Source: Squalus acanthias | Lineage: Eukaryota | Reading direction: 5' to 3' | DNA length: 64,000 nucleotides | Assembly (NCBI GenBank): GCA_030390025.1 | Contig: CM059432.1 | Location: forward strand, 33,854,001-33,918,000 | Shown: positions 36,601 to 52,100 of the stretch, in pieces | Layout of the letters: each line of letters starts with the position of its first letter | Numbering within the stretch: position 1 is the stretch's first letter | Notes under the pieces: model-generated | Databases searched by the model: none | Seen by the model: only the letters and a program-made list of their open reading frames with translations | What the model was told of the DNA's origin: nothing | Program-made: the position numbers and the translations under genes

Positions 36601-39600
36601 TAATTAATATATCAGTACACTGACACTCCATCACTGCATTCTCTTAAATAATATATGATTATACACACACTCCATCACTGCATCCTCGTAATTAATATAT
36701 CTGTAAACAGATAATCCATCACTGCATTCTGTTAATTAATATATCAGGACACTCACACTCCGTCACTGCATCCCCTTAATTAATATATCATTAAACAGTC
36801 ACACTCCATCACTGCATCCCCTTAATTCATATATCAGTACACTCACCCTCCATCACTGCATCCCGTTAATTCATATATCATTACACACTCACTCCAATAC
36901 TGCATCCTCTTCATTGATATATCAGTACACACACACTCCATCACAGCAACCCATTAAAAAAGATCAGTACACTCACACTCCATCACTGCATCATCTTCAT
37001 TATTAGATCAGTACATTCACACTCCAAAACTGCATCCCCTTAATTAATATATCAGTACACACACACTGCATCACTGCATCCCCTTAATTAATATCAGTAC
37101 AGACACACTCCATCACTTTATTCCCATAATTAATATATCAATACACGCACACTCCATCACTGCATCCCCTTAATTCATAGATCATTAAACACTCACACTT
37201 CATCACTGCATCCTCTTCATTCATATATCAGTACACACACACTCCATCACAGCATCCCATTAAAAAATATATCATTACACACACACTACATCAGAGCATC
37301 CCATTAAAAAATATATCAGTATACACACACTCCATCACTGCATCATCTTCATTATTAGATCAGTACATGCACACTCCAAAACAGCATCCACTTAATTAAT
37401 ATATCAGTACACACACACTGCATCACTGCATCCCATTAATTAATATATCAGTACAGTCACACTCCATTACTGCATCCTCTTCATTAATATTTCAGTACAC
37501 TCACACTCCATCACTGCATCCACTTAATTAATATATCAGTAAACACACACTCCATCACTGCATCCCCTTAATTAATATATCAGTACACTCACACTCCATC
37601 ACTGCATCCTCTTCATTAATATATCAGTACATTCATAGTCCATCACTGCATCCTCTTAATTCATAAATCAGTACATTTACACTCCATCACTGCATCCCCT
37701 TAATTCATATATCAGTAAACACACACTCCATCACTGCAACCCATTAAAAAATATCATTACACACACACTACATCAGAGCATCCCATTAAAAAATATATCA
37801 GTACACCCAAACTCCATCACTGCATCATCTTCATTATTAGATCAGTACATTCACACTCCAAAACTGCATCCCCTTAATTAATATATCAGTACACACGCAC
37901 TGCATCACTGCATCCCCTTAATTAATATATCAGTACACACACACTCCATCACTGCATCCTCTTCATTGATATATCAGTAGAATCACAATCCATCACTGCT
38001 TCCTGTTAATTAATATATCAGTACACTCACACTCCATCACTGCATCCTCTTAATTAATATTTTATTACATACACACTCCATCACTGCATCCTCTTCATTA
38101 ATATTTCAGGACGTTCACAGTCCAAAACTGCATTTCCTTAATTAATATATCAGTACACTGACACTCCATCACTGCATTCTCTTAAATAATATATGATTAT
38201 ACACACACTCCATCACTGCATCCTCGTAATTAATATATCTGTAAACACATAATCCATCACTGTATTTTTTAATTAATATATCAGGACACTCACACTCCGT
38301 CACTTCATCCCCTTAATTAATATATCATTAAACAGTCACACTTCATCACTGCATCCTCTTAATTCATATATCAGTACATTCACCATCCATCACTGCATCC
38401 CGTTAATTAATATCAGTACAGACACACTCCATCACTTTATTCCCATAATTAATATATCAATACACGCAGACTCCATCACTGTATCCTATTAATTAATATA
38501 TCAGAACACAGACACTCCATCACTGCTTCCCCTTAATTAATATATCAGTACACGCGCACACCATCACTGCATCCCCATAATTAATATATCAGTACACTCA
38601 CACTCCATCACTGCATCGGCTTAATTAATAAAGCAGAACACTCACACTCCATCACTGCATCCCCTCAATTAATATATTATTACACACACACTCCATCACT
38701 GCATCCCCTTAATTAATATATTATTACACACACACGCCATCACTGCATCCCCTTAATTAATATATCAGTACACTCACACTCCATCACTGCATCCCCTTAA
38801 ATAATATATCAGTACACTCACACTTCATCACTGCATCCTATTCTTTAATATATCAGTACACACACACTCCATCACTGCATCCCCTTAATTAATATATCAT
38901 TACACCCACACTCCATCACTGCATCCTCTTCATTAATATTTCAGTACATTCACAATCCATCACTGCATCCTCTTAATTAATATATCATTACACACTCACT
39001 CCATCACTGCCTTCTCTCAATTAATATATCAGAACACTCACACTGCATCACTGCATCCCCTTAATTAATATATCAGTACACTCACACACCATCACTGCAT
39101 CCTCTTCATTAATATATCAGTACACTCACATTCCATCACTGCATCCCCTTAATTAATATATCATTAAACACTCACACTTCATCACTGCATCCTCTTCATT
39201 AATATATCAGTACAATCACACTCCATCACTGCATCCTCTTAATAAATATATTATTACACAAACACTCCATCAGTGCATCCTCTTTATTAATATATCAGTA
39301 CACACATACTCCATCACTGCATCCCCTTAATTAATATATCAGTACACTCACACATTATCACTGCATCCTCTTAATTAATATATCTGTAAACTCACACGCC
39401 ATCAATGCATCCCCTTAATTAATATATCATTACACCCACACTCCATCACTGCATCCTCTTCATTAATATTTCAGTACATTCACAATCCATCACTGCATCC
39501 CCTTAATTAATATATCAGTACACACATACTCCATCACAGCATCCCCTTAATTAATATATCCATAAACTCACACTCCATCACTGCATCCCCTTAATTAATA

Positions 39601-42013
39601 TATCAGCACACACACACTCCATCACTGCATCCTCTTAATGAATATATTATTACACACACACTCCATCACAGCATCCCATTAATTAATATATCAGTACACA
39701 CATACACCATTACTGCATCCCCTAAATTAATATATCAGTACACAAACACTCCATCACTGCATCCTCTTAATTAATATATCAGTACACTCCCACTCCATCA
39801 CTACATCCCCTTAATTAATATATCAGTACACTCACACTCCATCACTGCATCCCCTGAAATAATATATCAGTACACTCTCACTCCATCACTGCATCCTCCT
39901 AATTAATATATCAGTACACTCACACTCCATCACTGCATCCAATCAATTAATATATCATTACACTCACACTCTATCACTGCATCCTCTTAATTAATATATC
40001 AGTACACACACACCTCATTACTGCATCCTCTTAATTAATATATCAGTACACACACACTCCATCACTGCATCCCCTTAATTAATATATCAGTGTACTCACA
40101 CTCCATCACTGCATCCTCTTCATTAATATATCAGCACACACACACTATCACTGCAACCTCTTCATTAATATGTCAGAACAATCACACTGCATCACTGCAT
40201 CCTCTTAATTAATCTATCAGTACACTCATTCTCCATCACTGCATCCCCTTAATTAATATATCAGTACATTCATTCTCCATCACTGCATCCCCTTAATTAA
40301 TATATCAGTAAACTCGCACTCCATCACTGCATCCCCTTAAATAATCTATCAGTACACACACACTCCATTACTGCATCTTCTTAATTAATCTATCAGTACA
40401 CTCACACTCCATCACTGCATCCCCTTAATTAATATATCAGTACACACACATTCCATCACTGCATCCCCTTAATTAATATATCAGTACACTCATACTCCAT
40501 CACTGCATCCTCTTAATTAATATATCAGTACACACACACTCCATTACTGCATCCTCTTAATTAATATATCAGTACACACACTCCATCACAGCATCCCCTA
40601 AATTAATATATCAGTATACTCACACTCCATCACTGCATCCTCTTAATTAATGTCAGAAAACTCACACTCCATCACTGTATTTTCTTAATTAATATATCAG
40701 TACACACACAATCCATCACTGCATCCCCTTAATTAATATATCAGTACACTCCCACTCCATCACTGCAACCCCTTAATTAATATATCAGTACACACAAACT
40801 CCATCACTGCATCCCCTTAATTAAAATATCCGTACACACACACTCCATCACTGCATCCACTTAATTATTATATTAGCATACTCACACTCCATCACTGCAT
40901 CCCCTTAATTAATATATCTGTACACTCACACTCCATCACTGCATCCAATCAATTAATATATCAGTACACTCACACTCCATCACTGCATCCAATCTATATA
41001 TCATTACACTCACACTCCATCACTGCATCCTCTTAATTAATATATCAGTACACCCACACTCCATCACTGCATTTTCTTAATTAATATATCAGTACACTCA
41101 CACTTCATCACTGCATTTTCTTAATTAATAGATCAGTACACACACACTCCATTACTGCATCTTAATTAATCTATCAGTACACACACACTCCATTACTGCA
41201 TCTTCTTAATTAATCTATCAGTACACTCACACTCCATCACTGCATCCCCTTAATTAATATATCAGTACACACACATTCCATCACTGCATCCCCTTAATTA
41301 ATATATCAGTACACTCATACTCCATCACTGCATCCTCTTAATTAATATATCAGTACACTCACACTCCATCACTGCATCCACTTAATTAATATATTATTAC
41401 ACACACACTCCATCACTGCATCCCCTTAATTAATATATCAGAACACTCACTCTCCATCACTGCATCCAATTAATAAAAATATTAGTACACACACACTCCG
41501 TCACTGCATCCCCTTAATTAATATATCAGTACACACACATTCCATCACTGCATCCTCTTAATTAATATATCAGAACACTTACACTCCATCACTGCAGCCT
41601 CTTAAATAATTTATTATTACACTCACACTCCATCACTGCATCACTGCATCATCTTATTAATATATCCGTAAACTCACACTCCATCACTGCATCCCCTTAA
41701 TTAATATATCAGTACACACACACTCCATCACAGTATCCCCTTAATTAATATATCAGTACACATATACTCCTTCATTGCATCCCCTTAATTAATATATCAG
41801 TACACTCAACCTCTATCACTGCATCCTCTTAATTAATATATCAGTACAAACACACTCCATTACTGCATCCTCTTAATTAATATATCAGTACACACAAACT
41901 CCATTGCAGCATCCTCTTAATTAATATATCAGTACACACACACACCATCACTGCATCCCCTTAATTAATATATCAGTACACTCCCACTCCGTCACTGCAT
42001 CCCCTGAATTAAT

Positions 42014-42747
42014 GGGCCGAAAATTGATCCCGGGACGCGAGAGTACGCACTGCGTATTTTCGCGTATTCCCACTCCAATTGCCGGTTTTCTGCATGCCCT
42101 GCGCATGCGCTGAAAACCGGCAATTGCTCTTCTGAAAAGGGGGCGGGTCCTGGGTGCATCGCGTGCGCGCTACAGGCTGCGCGCACGCTGTGCACTTCAT
42201 GCTTTGGACGCGCAGGTAAGTAGGGAAGATTTTGGAAATGTAAAAAGGAGGAGTAAGAAGGTAAGTAGTGAATTAAGTATTTTTTTTAATTTTTTTTTTT
42301 TTACAGGTATATCTTTTTTAGAGACTTTAAAGACAGGTAAGTTTATTTTTAGAACTTTTTAAAAGATTTTAAATTTTTTCAAAAATTTAATTTTTTATTT
42401 AAAATGGTTAATTTAATTAACTATACTTATTTTATTAATGTGATGGTTTTTTTTTAAATTTAATTGAGGTTTAGCTGTTATTTTGGGGGGGTGTAAGATT
42501 CATAGATTTCACAGCAGGTCTGTGAAACTTATGAATGGAAGATGGTGTGCTGCCATTGGCTCTAACTGAGTCACGTGATCCCACAGCTCGCACGAATTCA
42601 CTACGCCGCTGGGATACGCAAGCCCAGCACAGCTGATGTCTGGAACATCAAGTTCGTGCGAGCTGGATCTGAAAAAGCACAAGCGAGGTGAGACATCGCG
42701 GGGAAGGCTTACCCCCGCGGGAACAGAGCGAGATCAATTTCTGGGCC
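42014..42747. mobile_element. Harbinger-type MITE (734 bp) inserted in the satellite, copy 1
   Basis: TIRs GGGCCGAAAATTGATCCCG / CGAGATCAATTTCTGGGCC (15/19 match); AAT TSD; removing it restores a monomer. Confidence 0.92.
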
Positions 42748-45384
42748 AATATGTCAGTACACTCACACTCCATCACTGCATCCCCTTAATTAATATATCA
42801 GTACACACATACTCCATCACAGCATCCCCTTAATTAATATATCCATAAACTCACACTCCATCACTGCATCCCCTTAATTAATATATCAGCACACACACAC
42901 TCCATCACTGCATCCTCTTAATGAATATATTATTACACACACACTCCATCACAGCATCCCATTAATTAATATATCAGTACACACATACACCATTACTGCA
43001 TCCCCTAAATTAATATATCAGTACACAAACACTCCATCACTGCATCCTCTTAATTAATATATCAGTACACTCCCACTCCATCACTACATCCCCTTAATTA
43101 ATATATCAGTACACTCACACTCCATCACTGCATCCCCTGAAATAATATATCAGTACACTCTCACTCCATCACTGCATCCTCCTAATTAATATATCAGTAC
43201 ACTCACACTCCATCACTGCATCCAATCAATTAATATATCATTACACTCACACTCTATCACTGCATCCTCTTAATTAATATATCAGTACACACACACCTCA
43301 TTACTGCATCCTCTTAATTAATATATCAGTACACACACACTCCATCACTGCATCCCCTTAATTAATATATCAGTGTACTCACACTCCATCACTGCATCCT
43401 CTTCATTAATATATCAGCACACTCCCACTATCACTGCAACCTCTTCATTAATATGTCAGAACAATCACACTGCATCACTGCATCCTCTTAATTAATCTAT
43501 CAGTACACTCATTCTCCATCACTGCATCCCCTTAATTAATATATCAGTACATTCATTCTCCATCACTGCATCCCCTTAATTAATATATCAGTAAACTCGC
43601 ACTCCATCACTGCATCCCCTTAAATAATCTATCAGTACACACACACTCCATTACTGCATCTTCTTAATTAATCTATCAGTACACTCACACTCCATCACTG
43701 CATCCCCTTAATTAATATATCAGTACACACACATTCCATCACTGCATCCCCTTAATTAATATATCAGTACACTCATACTCCATCACTGCATCCTCTTAAT
43801 TAATATATCAGTACACACACACTCCATTACTGCATCCTCTTAATTAATATATCAGTACACACACTCCATCACAGCATCCCCTAAATTAATATATCAGTAT
43901 ACTCACACTCCATCACTGCATCCTCTTAATTAATGTCAGAAAACTCACACTCCATCACTGTATTTTCTTAATTAATATATCAGTACACACACAATCCATC
44001 ACTGCATCCCCTTAATTAATATATCAGTACACTCCCACTCCATCACTGCAACCCCTTAATTAATATATCAGTACACACAAACTCCATCACTGCATCCCCT
44101 TAATTAAAATATCCGTACACACACACTCCATCACTGCATCCACTTAATTATTATATTAGCATACTCACACTCCATCACTGCATCCCCTTAATTAATATAT
44201 CTGTACACTCACACTCCATCACTGCATCCACTTAATTATTATATTAGCATACTCACACTCCATCACTGCATCCCCTTAATTAATATATCTGTACACTCAC
44301 ACTCCATCACTGCATCCAATCAATTAATATATCAGTACACTCACACTCCATCACTGCATCCAATCTATATATCATTACACTCACACTCCATCACTGCATC
44401 CTCTTAATTAATATATCAGTACACCCACACTCCATCACTGCATTTTCTTAATTAATATATCAGTACACTCACACTTCATCACTGCATTTTCTTAATTAAT
44501 AGATCAGTACACACACACTCCATTACTGCATCTTAATTAATCTATCAGTACACACACACTCCATTACTGCATCTTCTTAATTAATCTATCAGTACACTCA
44601 CACTCCATCACTGCATCCCCTTAATTAATATATCAGTACACACACATTCCATCACTGCATCCCCTTAATTAATATATCAGTACACTCATACTCCATCACT
44701 GCATCCTCTTAATTAATATATCAGTACACTCACACTCCATCACTGCATCCACTTAATTAATATATTATTACACACACACTCCATCACTGCATCCCCTTAA
44801 TTAATATATCAGAACACTCACTCTCCATCACTGCATCCAATTAATAAAAATATTAGTACACACACACTCCGTCACTGCATCCCCTTAATTAATATATCAG
44901 TACACACACATTCCATCACTGCATCCTCTTAATTAATATATCAGAACACTTACACTCCATCACTGCAGCCTCTTAAATAATTTATTATTACACTCACACT
45001 CCATCACTGCATCACTGCATCATCTTATTAATATATCCGTAAACTCACACTCCATCACTGCATCCCCTTAATTAATATATCAGTACACACACACTCCATC
45101 ACAGTATCCCCTTAATTAATATATCAGTACACATATACTCCTTCATTGCATCCCCTTAATTAATATATCAGTACACTCAACCTCTATCACTGCATCCTCT
45201 TAATTAATATATCAGTACAAACACACTCCATTACTGCATCCTCTTAATTAATATATCAGTACACACAAACTCCATTGCAGCATCCTCTTAATTAATATAT
45301 CAGTACACACACACACCATCACTGCATCCCCTTAATTAATATATCAGTACACTCCCACTCCGTCACTGCATCCCCTGAATTAAT

Positions 45385-46115
45385 GGGCCGAAAATTGATC
45401 CCGGGACGCGAGAGTACGCACTGCGTATTTTCGCGTATTCCCACTCCAATTGCCGGTTTTCTGCATGCCCTGCGCATGCGCTGAAAACCGGCAATTGCTC
45501 TTCTGAAAAGGGGGCGGGTCCTGGGTGCATCGCGTGCGCGCTACAGGCTGCGCGCACGCTGTGCACTTCATGCTTTGGACGCGCAGGTAAGTAGGGAAGA
45601 TTTTGGAAATGTAAAAAGGAGGAGTAAGAAGGTAAGTAGTGAATTAAGTATTTTTTTTAATTTTTTTTTTACAGGTATATCTTTTTTAGAGACTTTAAAG
45701 ACAGGTAAGTTTATTTTTAGAACTTTTTAAAAGATTTTAAATTTTTTCAAAAATTTAATTTTTTATTTAAAATGGTTAATTTAATTAACTATACTTATTT
45801 TATTAATGTGATGGTTTTTTTTTAAATTTAATTGAGGTTTAGCTGTTATTTTGGGGGGGTGTAAGATTCATAGATTTCACAGCAGGTCTGTGAAACTTAT
45901 GAATGGAAGATGGTGTGCTGCCATTGGCTCTAACTGAGTCACGTGATCCCACAGCTCGCACGAATTCACTACGCCGCTGGGATACGCAAGCCCAGCACAG
46001 CTGATGTCTGGAACATCAAGTTCGTGCGAGCTGGATCTGAAAAAGCACAAGCGAGGTGAGACATCGCGGGGAAGGCTTACCCCCGCGGGAACAGAGCGAG
46101 ATCAATTTCTGGGCC
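45385..46115. mobile_element. Harbinger-type MITE (731 bp) in the satellite, copy 2
   Basis: Nearly identical to 42014-42747 (shorter poly-T), same AAT TSD and same flanking variant monomers. Confidence 0.92.
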
Positions 46116-49100
46116 AATATGTCAGTACACTCACACTCCATCACTGCATCCTCTTAATTAATATATCAGTACACTCAAACTCTATCACTGCATCCCCTTA
46201 ATTAAAATATCAGTACAAACACACTCCATCACTGCATCCGCTTAATTAATATATCAGTACACACACACTCCATCACTGCATCCTCTTAATTAATTTATCA
46301 GTACAAACACACTCCATCACTGCATCCTCTTAATTAATATATCAGTACAAACACACTCCATTACTGCATCCTCTTAATTAATATATCAGTACACACAAAC
46401 TCCATTGCAGCATCCTCTTAATTAATATATCAGTACTCACAAACTCCATTGCAGCATCCTCTTAATTAATATATCAGTACCCTCACACTCCATCACTGCA
46501 TCCACTTAATTAATATATCAGTACAGTCACACTCCTTCACTGTGTCCACTTAATTAATATATCAGAACACTCACACTCCTTCACTGTGTCCACTTAATTA
46601 ATATATCAGCACACACACACACCATCACTGCATCCTCTTAATTAATATATTATTACACACGCACTCCATCACTGCATCCCCTTAATTAATATATCAGTAC
46701 ACACACACTCCATCACTGCCTCCACTTAATTAATATATTATTACACACACACTCCATCACTGCATCCCCTTAATTAATATATCAGTACACTCACACTCCA
46801 TCACTGCATCCTCTTAATTAATGTATCAGTACACTCACACTCCATCACTGCATTCAATTAATTAATATATCAGTACACTCACAGTCCATCACTGCATCCC
46901 CTTAATTAATATATCAGTACACACACACTCCATCACTGCATCCTCTTAATGAATATATCAATCCACTCACACATCCATCACTGCATCCTCTTCATTAATA
47001 TATCAGTACACTCAGACATCATTACTGCATCCTCTTCATTAATATATCAGTACACTCACAAACCATCACTGCATCCTTTAAATTAATATATCAGCACACT
47101 CAAACTCCATCACTGCATCATCTTATTTAATATATCAGCACACAAACTCCTTCACTGTATCATCTTATTTATTATATCAATGCACACACACATCATAACT
47201 GCAACCTCTTCATTAATATATCACTACACGCACACTCCATCACTGCATCATCTAAATTAATATATCAGTAGGCACACACTTCATAACTGCAACCTCTTAA
47301 TTAATATATCAATACACACACACACACCTTAACTGCAACCTATTAATTAATATACCACTACACTCACACTCCATCACTGCAGCATCTTAATTAATATATC
47401 AGCACGCTCACACTGCATCCCCTTTATTAATATATCAGTACACACACACTCCATCACTGCATCCTCTTAATTAATATATCAGTACACTCATACTCCATCA
47501 CTGCATCCCATTAATTAATATATCAGTACACACACACTCCATCACTGCATCCCCTTAATTAATATATCTAAACACACTCACTGCATCACTGTATCCCCTT
47601 ACTTAATATATCAGTACATACACTGCATCACTGCATCCCCTTACTTAATATATCAGTACACTCACACTCCATCACTGCATCATTTTAATTAATATATCAG
47701 TGCACACACACTCCATCACTGCATCCTCTTAATTAATATATCAGTACAGACACACTCCATCTGCTGCAAACTATTAATTAATATATCCGTACACACACAC
47801 TCCATCACTGCATCCTCTTAATTAATATATCCGTACACACACACTCCATCACTGCATCCTGTTAATTAATATATCACTACACTCAAACTCCTTCACTGTA
47901 TCATCTTATTTATTATATCAATGCACACACACATCATAACTGCAACCTCTTCATTAATATATCACTACTAGCACACTCCATCACTGCATCATCTAAATTA
48001 ATATATCAGTAGACACAAACTCCATAACTGCAACCTCTTAATTAATATATCAATACACACACACACACCTTAACTGCAACCTATTAATTAATATATCACT
48101 ACACTCACACTCCATCACTGCATCATCTTAATTAATATATCAGTACTCACACACTCCATCACTGCATCCTCTTAATTAATATATCAGTACTCAGACACTC
48201 CATCACTGCATCATCTTATTTAATATATCAGTACACACAAACTCGATCACTGCATCCCCTTAATTAATATATCAGTACACACTTTCATCACTGCATCCTC
48301 TTAATTAATATATCAGTACACTCACACTCCATCACTGCATCCCATTAATTAATATAGCAGTACACTCACACTGCATCACTGTATCCCCTTACTTAATATA
48401 TTATTGCACACACACTCCATCACTGCATCTTCTTAATTAATACATCAGCACACTCAAATCCATCACTGCATCTTCTTAATTAATATATCAGCACACACAA
48501 ACTCCATCACTGCATCTTCTTAATTAATACATCAGCACACTCAAACTCCATCACTGCATCCTCTTAATTAATATATCAGCACACTCAAACTCCATCACTG
48601 CATCTTCTTAATTATTATATCAGCACACTCAAACTCCATCACTGCATCTTCTTAATTAATGCATCAGCACACTCAAACTCCTTCACTGCATCCTCTTAAT
48701 TAATATATCAGCACACACACACTCCATCACTGCATCCTATTAATTAATATATCAGTACACACACACTCCATCACTGCATCCCCTTAATTAATATATCAGT
48801 ACTCACACACTCCATCACTGCATCCTCTTAATTAATATATCAGTACTCACACACTCCATCACTGCATCATCTTATTTAATATATCAGTACACACAAACTC
48901 GATCACTGCATCCCCTTAATTAATATATCAGTACAGACTTTCATCACTGCATCCTCTTAATTAATATATCAGTACACTCACACTCCATCACTGCATCCCA
49001 TTAATTAATATAGCAGTACACTCTCACTGCATCACTGTATCCCCTTACTTAATATATTATTGCACACACACTCCATCACTGCATCCTCTTAATTAATATA

Positions 49101-52100
49101 TCAGTACACACACACTCCATCACTGCAACCTCTTAATTAATATATCAGAACACACACACTGTATCACTGCACCATCTTAATTAATATATCAGCACACTCA
49201 AACTCCATCACTGCATCCTCTTAATTAATATATCAGCACACTCAAACTCCATCACTGCATCCTCTTAATTAATATATCAGCACACTCAAACTCCATCACT
49301 GCATCCTCTTAATTAATACATCAGCAGATTCAAACTCCATCACTGCATCCTCTTAATTAATATATCAGTACACACACACTCCATCACTGCATCCACTTAA
49401 TTAATATATCAGTACACACATACTCCATCACTGCATCCTCTTAATTAATAAATCAGTACACACACAGTGCATCACTGCATCCTCTTAATTAATATATCAG
49501 TACACACACACTCCATCACTGCATCCTCTTAATTAATATATCAGTACACACACAGTGCATCACTGCATCCTCTTAATTAATATATCAGTGCACTCACACT
49601 CCATCACTGCATCCTCTTAATTAATATATCAGTACACACACACTCCATCACTGCATCCTATTAATTAATATATCAGTACACTCACACTCCATCACTGCAT
49701 CCCCTGAATTAATATATCAGTACACACACACTCCATCACTGCATCCCCTTAATTAATATATCAGTACACACACACTCCATCACTGCATCCTATTAATTAA
49801 TATATCAGTACACACACACTCCATCACTGCATCCCCTTAATTAATATATCAGTACTCACACACTCCATCACTGCATCCTCTTAATTAATATATCAGTACT
49901 CACACACTCCATCACTGCATCATCTTATTAAATATATCAGTACACACAAACTCGATCACTGCATCCCCTTAATTAATATATCAGTACAGACTTTCATCAC
50001 TGCATCCTCTTAATTAATATATCAGTACACTCACACTCCATCACTGCATCCCATTAATTAATATAGCAGTACACTCACACTGCATCACTGTATCCCCTTA
50101 CTTAATATATTATTGCACACACACTCCATCACTGCATCTTCTTAATTAATACATCAGCACACTCAAACTCCATCACTGCATCTTCTTAATTAATATATCA
50201 GCACACACAAACTCCATCACTGCATCTTCTTAATTAATACATCAGCACACAAACTCCATCACTGCATCTTCTTAATTAATGCATCAGCACACTCAAACTC
50301 CATCACTGCATCCTCTTAATTAATATATCAGCACACTCAAACTCCATCACTGCATCCTCTTAATTAATATATCAGCACACTCAAACTCCATCACTGCATC
50401 TTCTTAATTAATACATCAGCACACTCAAACTCCATCACTGCATCCTCTTAATTAATACATCAGCACACTCAAACTCCATCACTGCATCCTCTTAATTAAT
50501 ATATCAGCACACTCAAACTCCATCACTGCATCTTCTTAATTAATACATCAGCACACTCAAACTCCATCACTGCATCCTCTTAACTAATATATCAGGACAC
50601 ACATACTCCATCACTGCATCCTTTTAATTAATATATCAGTACACACACAGTGCATCACTGCATCCTCTTAATTAATATATCAGTACACACACACTCCATC
50701 ACTGCATCCTCTTAATTAATATATCAGTACACACACAGTGCATCACTGCATCCTATTAATTAATATATCAGTACACTCACACTCCATCACTGCATCCCCT
50801 TAATTAATATATCAGTACACACACACTCCATCACTGCATTCCCTTAATTAATATATCAGTACACGCACACTCCATCACTGCATCCCCTTAATTAATATAT
50901 CAGTACACTCAAACTCCATCACTGCATCCTCTTCATTAATATATCAGTACACACACGGTGCATCACTGCATCCCATTAATTAATATATCAGTACACACAG
51001 TGCATCACTGCATCCTGTTAATTAATATATCAGTACACACACACTCCATCACTGCATCCTATTAATTAATATATCAGTACACTCACACTACTTCACTGCA
51101 TCATCTTAATTATTATATCAGCACACTCAAACTCCATCACTGCATCCTCTTAATTAATATATCAGAACACACACACTGCATCACTGCATCATCTTAATTA
51201 ATATATCAGCGCACTCAAACACCATCACTGCATCCTCTTAATTAATATATCAGCACACACACACTCCATCACTGCATCCTATTAATTAATATATCAGAAC
51301 ACACTCACTACCATCACTGCATCCCCTTAATTAATATATCAGTACACTCACACTCCATCACTGCATCCCCTTAATTAATATATCAGTACACACACACTCC
51401 ATCACTGCATCCTATTAATTAATATATCAGTAATCTCACACTCCATCACTGCATCCCCTTAATTAATATATCAGTACACGCACACTCCATCACTGCATCC
51501 CCTTAATTAATATATCAGTACACTCAAACTCCATCACTGCATCCTCTTCATTAATATATCAGCACACACACAGTGCATCACTGCATCCTATTAATTAATA
51601 TATCAGTACTCACACACTCCATCACTGCATCCTCTTAATTAATATATCAGTACTCACACACTCCATCACTGCATCATCTTATTTAATATATCAGTACACA
51701 CAAACTCGATCACTGCATCCCCTTAATTAATATATCAGTACACACTTTCATCACTGCATCCTCTTAATTAATATATCAGTGCACTCACACTCCATCACTG
51801 CATCCCATTAATTAATATAGCAGTACACTCACACTGCATCACTGTATTCCCTTAATTAATATATTATTGCACACACACTCCATCACTGCATCTTCTTAAT
51901 TAATATATCAGCACACACAAACTCCATCACTGCATCTTCTTAATTAATACATCAGCACACTCAAACTCCATCACTGCATTCTCTTAATTAATATATCAGC
52001 ACACTCAAACTCCATCACTGCATCTTCTTAATTAATACATCAGCACACTCAAACTCCATCACTGCATTCTCTTAATTAATATATCAGTACACACATACTC

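Noticed and set aside
35006..46201. Short ORFs in the satellite and the MITE copies
   Set aside because: Chance open frames in repeat DNA, duplicated along with the repeat
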